DNA from: Octopus bimaculoides
Taxonomy: Eukaryota
Length of the DNA: 44,162 nucleotides
NCBI RefSeq assembly: GCF_001194135.2
Contig: NC_068999.1
Coordinates: forward strand, 13,040,672 to 13,084,833
Direction of reading: 5' to 3'
Shown here: positions 35,801-44,162 of the stretch, piece by piece
Layout: each line of letters begins with the position of its first letter
How positions within the stretch are numbered: position 1 is the stretch's first letter
Notes under the pieces: model-generated
The model's input: the letters and a program-made list of their open reading frames with translations, nothing else
What the model was told of the DNA's origin: nothing
Database searches by the model: none
Made by a program: the position numbers and the translations under genes

Positions 35801-38412
35801 GTAATAAAATAGCGATGCATTTTTTCGGAGAGGCGGAATGTGTTTCTTGATCAGTTGTTGTTCAGGCTTATCAGAGTATTTAAAAATAGGACGAGCATCA
35901 TTTTACAACCAATGCCAAGCTAATGTGGTCAGAATAATTTCTTTGTGCTAAGCAAACACAATCTTATTTCATGCACGGTTTGCTACAAGCTTTTCTCTAT
36001 CCTTATTTCCAATTTCTTTTCCCGAAGGTGTATTTCATGCCGAAACATTGGATTTGGAAAGAAAACAAAACTACATTATATCTTTTAATCAATAATATCA
36101 GCATAAAAACGAAATATACGTTACGTAAATGATAAACCTGACATCATCACCAACGGAAATTCTTCGGATGGTGTGTTAGGTCAGTTTGCCTGTGGGAAAG
36201 GAAGATTTCCAATAGAAGCTTCAAATTAACTAATCGGCATGATGCCAGTTTGGGCAACAGAAGGACAGGATATGATGTTGAAATGCAAGGGCTGAAAATT
36301 AGCATAGGCGAAAGGCAATTTATATCTGTTTTAAGTTATAGTCATGCACGATGTATGTGCACGCACGGTGTCTCTCCTTCATAAACGCAGAAACTCAACG
36401 CGTTTTCAAAAGAGAAGACTGTTGTACGAGTGGATATATNNNNNNNNNNNNNNNNNNNNNNNNNNNNNNNNNNNNNNNNNNNNNNNNNNNNNNNNNNNNN
36501 NNNNNNNNNNNNNNNNNNNNNNNNNNNNNNNNNNNNNNNNNNNNNNNNNNNNNNNNNNNNNNNNNNNNNNNNNNNNNNNNNNNNNNNNNNNNNNNNNNNN
36601 NNNNNNNNNNNNNNNNNNNNNNNNNNNNNNNNNNNNNNNNNNNNNNNNNNNNNNNNNNNNNNNCATATATATATATATATATGTATGTATATATATATAT
36701 ATATACGTTCCTACACATATATGTGTGTATGTGGCTTTGTGCGTGCGTGCGCGTGTGCGAGTGTGCATGTACTTCAAAACACAATGCTACAGTACATATT
36801 TCATTGAAAATTGTATGTGTCTTAATGATATGACTTGTCTTCAAATGTCTAAAGAATAGTTGTTCTTTCCTTTTAACAGAACCCTTTTGTAATAAGGCGT
36901 ACCATATTATGCACACCATTGTATATGCTTAGGAAAAACATGTTGTCTAATCCTGCAGCAAAAGACTTGGATGTTTCTCTTTCCTTTACAGGTAATTTGA
37001 ATTTAGTGTGGGCTGCGAATATTGTCCGTGTGAACAATGGTAAATGAAGATGTAAGAGCATTGTACACAGCCATGTAAGATCACCGGTAACATTTTATGT
37101 GGCTTCTATTCGTGGTCATAGGATTTGTTATTTTTAAGCAGGTCTTTTAGAACGTGCATGAAAATATATCGCATGCTGCTATCGATAAAAGTATACTTTT
37201 CTATAAATTTATACAATTCTCACAGATATGTGATTCGTGTAAACCATGCATAATTTTGAATTCTGAGATTTTAACGGTCCCGGCTTTCTATTCGAGTACT
37301 TTAAGTTGTTTAAGAATATTACATGTCATGAGAGATTATGCGTAATTTTAATTATATTTAATGTTCCTTGTGTATCAAAGATATACAATGCAAAAACCTA
37401 AAATGCATCTAATCTCTTTAGGTACAATGGCTGCGAGTTTGCAGAATAGTGAAACAAAATTATTAGTTGCATTTCCGCCCTTTTCAAGCTCAAGTTGTAA
37501 TTCGCTGTGTTCCCATTAGTCTGTTATCATTTTGGGACGATGGATTAAGCTCTAGTGAAGCAGCACTGTGGATGTTAGTCCACCTTATTGCTAAATTTAA
37601 ATCATGAGTTGTTTGAGAGATACAGCTCTTCAGCATCATTTTCCTTCTATAATTTCTTGCCTAACTGTGCACTGTATACTCCAGGAAAATGGATGTTTTT
37701 TTTTTTTAAACAAACTAATGTATGTGTAAGACATATTCCCTCACAGATCCCAAACATGTGTTTGATATTACTGATATACTCTTTAATGTAAAGTTCAGAT
37801 TATGCTAAAATTATTGCGGTTGTGATAATCACCGGCATCCTAGACAGCTGTCGACGTGAATTTGAAGCGTCTTATTATCCTCTTCGATATTGCTCCTGTG
37901 AGAATCGTTTTCCTGCTTATTCCTATGTTGGAAGTCGATTTACTTTTTATGAATACACAAATTTGCTTATGTACATATAACTTATGTAAAAGGAATCACA
38001 CTGACCTAGTTCTACAGGTTATTTTTTGAGCGTTAGAAGTTGTTACACATTAGCATTCGAATTAATATTTCTGGTGTTATTCGGTGAATACAATCCAGAC
38101 GAAAATTTCATTCATTTTCTTTTATGTAATGAATACTCTTGCATATCATAATAGGCGCTATTATGTAGGGTTTCTTGGAGAAAATATAACATTTTCTGGA
38201 ATAAATCATCCAACACCTGTCATACTGTTACAATTACTTTCCATAAAGTCATAAACAAACAAATATGATAGGACAATTAAGCGGTTAAGGTAAATTGTTT
38301 TCCATGCATCTACTTCGCTTTACGACTTTCATTAGGCACAGTAATTATAGTTTCTTAAATAAAGCAAAGCGATGACACAAAAAGAACATTGCAACATCGA
38401 AACTGATAGAAT

Positions 38413-38416
<4 letters not shown>

Positions 38417-38468
<52 letters not shown>
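38417..38468. repeat. (TA)n microsatellite
   Basis: Pure run. Confidence 0.95.
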
Positions 38469-38470
<2 letters not shown>

Positions 38471-39111
38471 AGAGTAGTACAGACAGTTGAGTATTACGCA
38501 TAACACTACTTCAATGCCCAGTGAAGTGTCGAGTTAACCTGAATCAATAAGTTCGGAAGAATTTATTAGTCGGTGTGCATATACTGGTTTATTATTGCAC
38601 CACATATTCCACAGAAGATGTGATTTCTTAGACAGATGGTAAAAAAAGCAAAATGAAATAATATGCAAACGACGACATAACGGTTTTGCATGAGGAGTAA
38701 TATATCACAGAACATGTAAATGATGTATCTCTTGAGATTTTCAAATGGCGTGATGAAGTTTTTGGTGGAAATTCCAATGAATACCAGAAGGGCGGTTGTC
38801 GCACAAAGATAATGATGGAGTTCACAAAATGCATAGAAATATCAAGACATTAAATGGAGCAAAAGTCTAATTCACAACATAATTCGGTGGTGTGTATTTG
38901 GCAGTAATCAGACATAGTTGTTAAAAATGACTATTGAAACCAAGATGTTCTAAGTCAAAGATTAGGTAATCAAATCTGATAGTAACGGATAGTAACAACA
39001 AATTTACATACGTACATACATATATATACATACACGAATAGCCGGCGTCACGTGCATATGCGTGATATTAAATGTGTGTTTGTGCGTGAATGTATATATG
39101 ATTCTATCTAT

Positions 39112-39148
39112 TTATCTCTATCTATGTAGCTATCTATCTATCTATCTA

Positions 39149-39231
<83 letters not shown>
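39112..39231. repeat. (TCTA)n-(TC)n-(TA)n compound microsatellite
   Basis: Directly visible. Confidence 0.92.
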
Positions 39232-39233
<2 letters not shown>

Positions 39234-39783
39234 GCACACGCGTAGACACACAAACACACATATATAGACACCCATACATATACATATACATTCACATACA
39301 TACAAGAATACACACATATATGTACGTGTGTACACACAGTCAAAATATGCATAAGAAGAGGAAATATATTTTATTCATTTATTTAAGTGTACGACATCCT
39401 GTATATTCTTTTCCTTTTGAAAGGTCAAATATTCTTTGCAATAGATAAATTAACATTCTATATATCCATATATTTATACAATTCATATACGTGTAGCAAC
39501 AAGAATACGCCGAGGTATGTCTCTAGTTGTCATACCTATGTATTTAGGGTAGTGTATCTCAGAGTGGAATATGAAGCATCTAATAAAGCCATGTTATAAA
39601 TAAAATTAATTTCTTAGAAAACCAAAATCTCCAACATATGCAACATAGTGACGTTTTTTCCTTCACTACATGAAGAGATTTTGTTAATCTATAACTTCAA
39701 AGGAATAACCACCCATAAGAAACTTTCTAAGAACATGGGAAATGATAATCATCGCCAAATAACTACTGTTCCTGATGCTGCCG

Positions 39784-39802
39784 GTACCACCACCACCACC
39801 AC

Positions 39803-39833
<31 letters not shown>

Positions 39834-39866
39834 TTATGTAAGAATAATAATAATAATAACAATAAT
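39784..39866. repeat. (ACC)n-(ACT)n-(AAT)n compound microsatellite
   Basis: Directly visible. Confidence 0.88.
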
Positions 39867-39970
39867 TAAAGCAACAGCAGTTATAACAGCCATAACTTCG
39901 TATACCTGTTAATCTATCTGCAGTCATACACACACACAAACATACCCGCACAAATTCATTCCAACATAGA

Positions 39971-40010
<40 letters not shown>

Positions 40011-40438
40011 NNNNNNNNNNNNNNNNNNNNNNNNNNNNNNNNNNNNNNNNNNNNNNNNNNNNNNNNNNNNNNNNNNNNNNNNNNNNNNNNNNNNNNNNNN
40101 NNNNNNNNNNNNNNNNNNNNNNNNNNNNNNNNNNNNNNNNNNNNNNNNNNNNNNNNNNNNNNNNNNNNNNNNNNNNNNNNNNNNNNNNNNNNNNNNNNNN
40201 NNNNNNNNNNNNNNNNNNNNNNNNNNNNNNNNNNNNNNNNNNNNNNNNNNNNNNNNNNNNNNNNNNNNNNNNNNNNNNNNNNNNNNNNNNNNNNNNNNNN
40301 NNNNNNNNNNNNNNNNNNNNNNNNNNNNNNNNNNNNNNNNNNNNNNNNNNNNNNNNNNNNNNNNNNNNNNNNNNNNNNNNNNNNNNNNNNNNNNNNNATA
40401 TATATATAAGTATATATATGTATGTATACGCACACACA

Positions 40439-40522
<84 letters not shown>

Positions 40523-41596
40523 CTTGTGAGTGTGTATGTTAGTAGTGTGTGTTTGTATGCGTGCGTGCGTTTGAGTGTGTGACAGAGGTACAGTGAGAAA
40601 ATAGATATATAGAAAGATAGAGAGAGAGACAGAGAGAGAGAATGGCAAGAGGGATGAGAGTGAGCAAGAGAAAGACAGGCGTTTATGAATATCTGTACAT
40701 AAATACATATTTATACATATACATGAGCGAATACACAAATGATAGGAACATTTCCCTGTGAATAGGAATTCTTATATTCCAATCTAAGTCGACATCTCGG
40801 GATATACATAAACACATATAGTAACGCATGAGAAAAGACATCTCGCATGAGCTAGCACACAATACACATACTTGTATAAAATCATTAATTTAGGCATCAG
40901 GATTACACACACATACACACACACATAAACAGATACATATATGATTTTCTATATGTATATATATATATATATNNNNNNNNNNNNNNNNNNNNNNNNNNNN
41001 NNNNNNNNNNNNNNNNNNNNNNNNNNNNNNNNNNNNNNNNNNNNNNNNNNNNNNNNNNNNNNNNNNNNNNNNNNNNNNNNNNNNNNNNNNNNNNNNNNNN
41101 NNNNNNNNNNNNNNNNNNNNNNNNNNNNNNNNNNNNNNNNNNNNNNNNNNNNNNNNNNNNNNNNNNNNNNNNNNNNNNNNNNNNNNNNNNNNNNNNNNNN
41201 NNNNNNNNNNNNNNNNNNNNNNNNNNNNNNNNNNNNNNNNNNNNNNNNNNNNNNNNNNNNNNNNNNNNNNNNNNNNNNNNNNNNNNNNNNNNNNNNNNNN
41301 NNNNNNNNNNNNNNNNNNNNNNNNNNNNNNNNNNNNNNNNNNNNNNNNNNNNNNNNNNNNNNNNNNNNNNNNNNNNNNNNNNNNNNNNNNNNNNNNNNNN
41401 NNNNNNNNNNNNNNNNNNNNNNNNNNNNNNNNNNNNNNNNNNNNNNNNNNNNNNNNNNNNNNNNNNNNNNNNNNNNNNNNNNNNNNNNNNNNNNNNNNNN
41501 NNNNNNNNNNNNNNNNNNNNNNNNNNNNNNNNNNNNNNNNNNNNNNNNNNNNNNNNNNNNNNNNNNNNNNNNNNNNNNNNNNNNNNNNNNNNNNNN

Positions 41597-41667
<71 letters not shown>
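41597..41667. repeat. (TA)n-(GA)n compound microsatellite next to an N-gap
   Basis: Directly visible. Confidence 0.92.
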
Positions 41668-41671
<4 letters not shown>

Positions 41672-42628
41672 GTATACCTGTGCATATAAACATGCATGTA
41701 AATAGATAAGTATTTATGTATGCGTATGTGTGTATGTGTATGTGTATGAGTGTGCGTGTGCTTGTGTGTGTATAAAACTGGCTTTCTCATGGACAGATAT
41801 ATCAGTAGTTTAGTTATACAAATATGACTGCCTTATATTCTTGCAATAAATATACACCAACCTTTCGCCTGATCGCGGTTCACATATCTCGTTTTATTAT
41901 TCAAGCTTACGTCGATTTCTCTGTGGTGTTGTTTGCATTTATAATAAAATAAATCTATACAAATTATGAAAAAAAATATAGTACATCACGATTTCTTCTT
42001 CACGGATTTTCACCTATTGTTGTGTGTATTGGAACGCAACACCCGCGATAATCGAGAGATTACAGTGTATGTGCACTATGTTAGCTAAGGATAAAGACTA
42101 GCCACTTCTAAATTTTATTTAAATTTCTTACACGTAATGAACAGATTACTCGAAACTTAACTGACATGAAAGAAACATTCTATATATATATGCATGTGCC
42201 TATGCCTGTGTTTTTATGTAGACGTATGTATTCGTGTCTCTTGGGGTAAATATACATGCATACACACACACACAGACACACATTAAATTATACATAGAAA
42301 AACTGAGACTTCGTTACGATTTTCAGCTTACTCACCTTCAGGAGAAATTGTTTTTTCATGTGTACTTTTGGCTTTCTAGAATCTTTTATGAATTGAATAT
42401 AATCTTGTCAATATTTTCTTGTGAGAACATATCCCTTTAGAGACTGTTTTTTCTACAGACAAACGAGCAGTGAAAATCATGAAAATTACAGATATACAAA
42501 CCATGTAGGTATAGGCACAACCCGCATATTACAGTGTTTACAATTCACGCAATATTATATGTTAAAATACACCACATATTTTATAAGACTGCTCGCTATT
42601 CTAGTGAAATAGCGTAAAAATTATGTAT

Positions 42629-43026
42629 GTGGCTGCGTAGGAAGTAGCTTGCTTACCAAACACAAGATTCCGTGTTCAGTCCCAGTGCGTGGCACCTTGG
42701 GCAAGTGTCTTCTACTATAGCCTCGGGCCGACTAAAGCCTTGTGAGTGAATTTCATAGACGGTAACTGAAAGAAGCCCGTCGTATATATCTATAAATATA
42801 TGTGTGTTTGTTTGTCTGTGTCTGTCCCCCCAACATCGCTTTACAACCGATGCTGGTGTGTTTAGGTGGCCGTACCATAGCGGATCGGCAAAAAATAACG
42901 ATATGATAAGTACTCGGCTTACAAAGAATAAGTCATGGGGCCGATTTGCTCGACTAAAGGCGGTGCTCAAGCATGGCCGCAATCAAATGACTCAAACAAG
43001 TAAAACAGTAAAGAGTAAAAGAGTAA
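42629..43026 (+). mobile_element. tRNA-derived SINE family B (CORE-like motif, internal microsatellite), near full length
   Basis: A-box-like TGGCTGCGTAGG and B-box-like GTTCAGTCCC (42674-42683); CACCTTGGGCAAGTG resembles the start of the MIR CORE domain; then GAAAGAAGCCCGTCGTATATAT, a TA/TG insert, a 3' module and a GTAAAA(C/G)A tandem tail. The match to an octopus SINE is from memory. Confidence 0.82.
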
Positions 43027-44162
43027 TAAAATGGAGACGTAAATATTTGGAAAAAAGTAGTGCTAAATCAGAACAAAATGAATCGAATGCAAAGCGATAC
43101 TATTTATAAAATGGATAGGTACGTGAGAAGGGCAAAATATTTCAGCTTTGTTTTATGTTAATGCATGCATTAGTTATGTATAATATTACATACAAAATAT
43201 GTTTTCTTACACTCATGAATATCTTAACACATTGCAGTCTTTGTCGTACTATGTAGAATAACAAGCGTAAAGTATGTGTAATATGCATTTGGACTCCGAT
43301 ATTTTCAAGATCCAGGGCATTACCATACATGAAAAAGAAATGAATTGGAGATAAAATAATATTTAAATGAAATTTATTGTTATCATGCGATATCTCCAGG
43401 CATTTATATTATGTTCTGTTATGCAGCATGCTGGTAAATGAAGGCAATAAATTAATCGCATGCTCTATGAAAGAATAATCAATAGCGAAAAGCGACTGTC
43501 TGGAAATAACAATGGCAATGTTGAATATGACGTAATTGTTCTTAGATCTAATTAATAAACGATGTGTCATTAAAACAAAACAGACACAGAATGTGAGTGT
43601 AAGCGCATGAGAATGACAAATGCAGAAGGAGAGAATGAATGCCTGGTGGAAGATTGTGTCGGGCAGATACGCAGAACAAAATTATAGTGGGAGTTCATTG
43701 AAAGAAAATATGGATTCCAGATAATTATGTTTCTGAACACGTGACGTTGATTAGAAATTAATTATTTAGGTGACACAAATTAGATATTGGACGAGAAAAG
43801 ACAAAATGAAGAGACATGCATGTTTGAAGAAAACTAATTAGGGGTAAAAAAAAACTGAGACGCGTAACGGAAATCCAGAAGAATAGAGATGTTGAAATGA
43901 TGAAAATGAGTGATGTTAAATGTGATTAATGATACAACGATCATCAGCGATGAATATTTCAATATAATTGAATATCTGCTATGAATATCAATCATTGTAA
44001 CATTTCCTATTATATACTTAATAATACAAAACCCATGCGGATGGAATAAAATAACAACAATGAATAATGATCTAATCATATTACGGTATTTATTCTATGC
44101 TTACATCATGCGTTTAATCCTAGAAAAGAGTATCGACGTTCCAATTTGAATATTTCCATATA

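Noticed and set aside
36136-36188. Possible pre-miRNA hairpin (cctgaca...tgttagg)
   Set aside because: The stem is short and broken by bulges, with no continuous ~22-bp duplex.
37416-37520. Acceptor (ctaatctctttag|) followed by acaATGG and a 30-aa ORF MAASLQNSETKLL...
   Set aside because: Short ORF with no recognisable homology or matching donor; consistent with chance.
38662-38852. YANDDITVL...EHVNDVSLEIF... resembling a LINE reverse-transcriptase YADD motif
   Set aside because: The motif is YANDD rather than YADD, stops flank it, and no other RT motifs are visible at the expected spacing.

Overview
This is AT-rich eukaryotic DNA saturated with microsatellites, with 15 N-gaps totalling about 5.5 kb, most of them abutting simple repeats. 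No intact protein-coding gene, rRNA, tRNA or CRISPR array can be supported, and most supplied ORFs are read-throughs of microsatellites or gaps. The repeat families match my recollection of octopus (coleoid cephalopod) repeats, so the window is probably intronic or intergenic Octopus DNA; this is inference, not verified. Supported content: (1) five copies of a tRNA-headed SINE, plus two other SINE types; (2) two copies of a ~480-bp repeat with an (AAT)n tail; (3) three copies of a long-armed foldback/MITE; (4) a decayed mariner transposase; (5) the 5' end of a decayed hAT transposon (TIR plus N-terminal frame); (6) two copies of a repeat carrying a minimal Penelope-type hammerhead ribozyme. 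Each hammerhead copy has different core mutations and their consensus is intact. One copy also has a Pol III B-box, suggesting a SINE/microsatellite/hammerhead chimera, which is the best lead in the window. The splice-signal candidates listed are low confidence.
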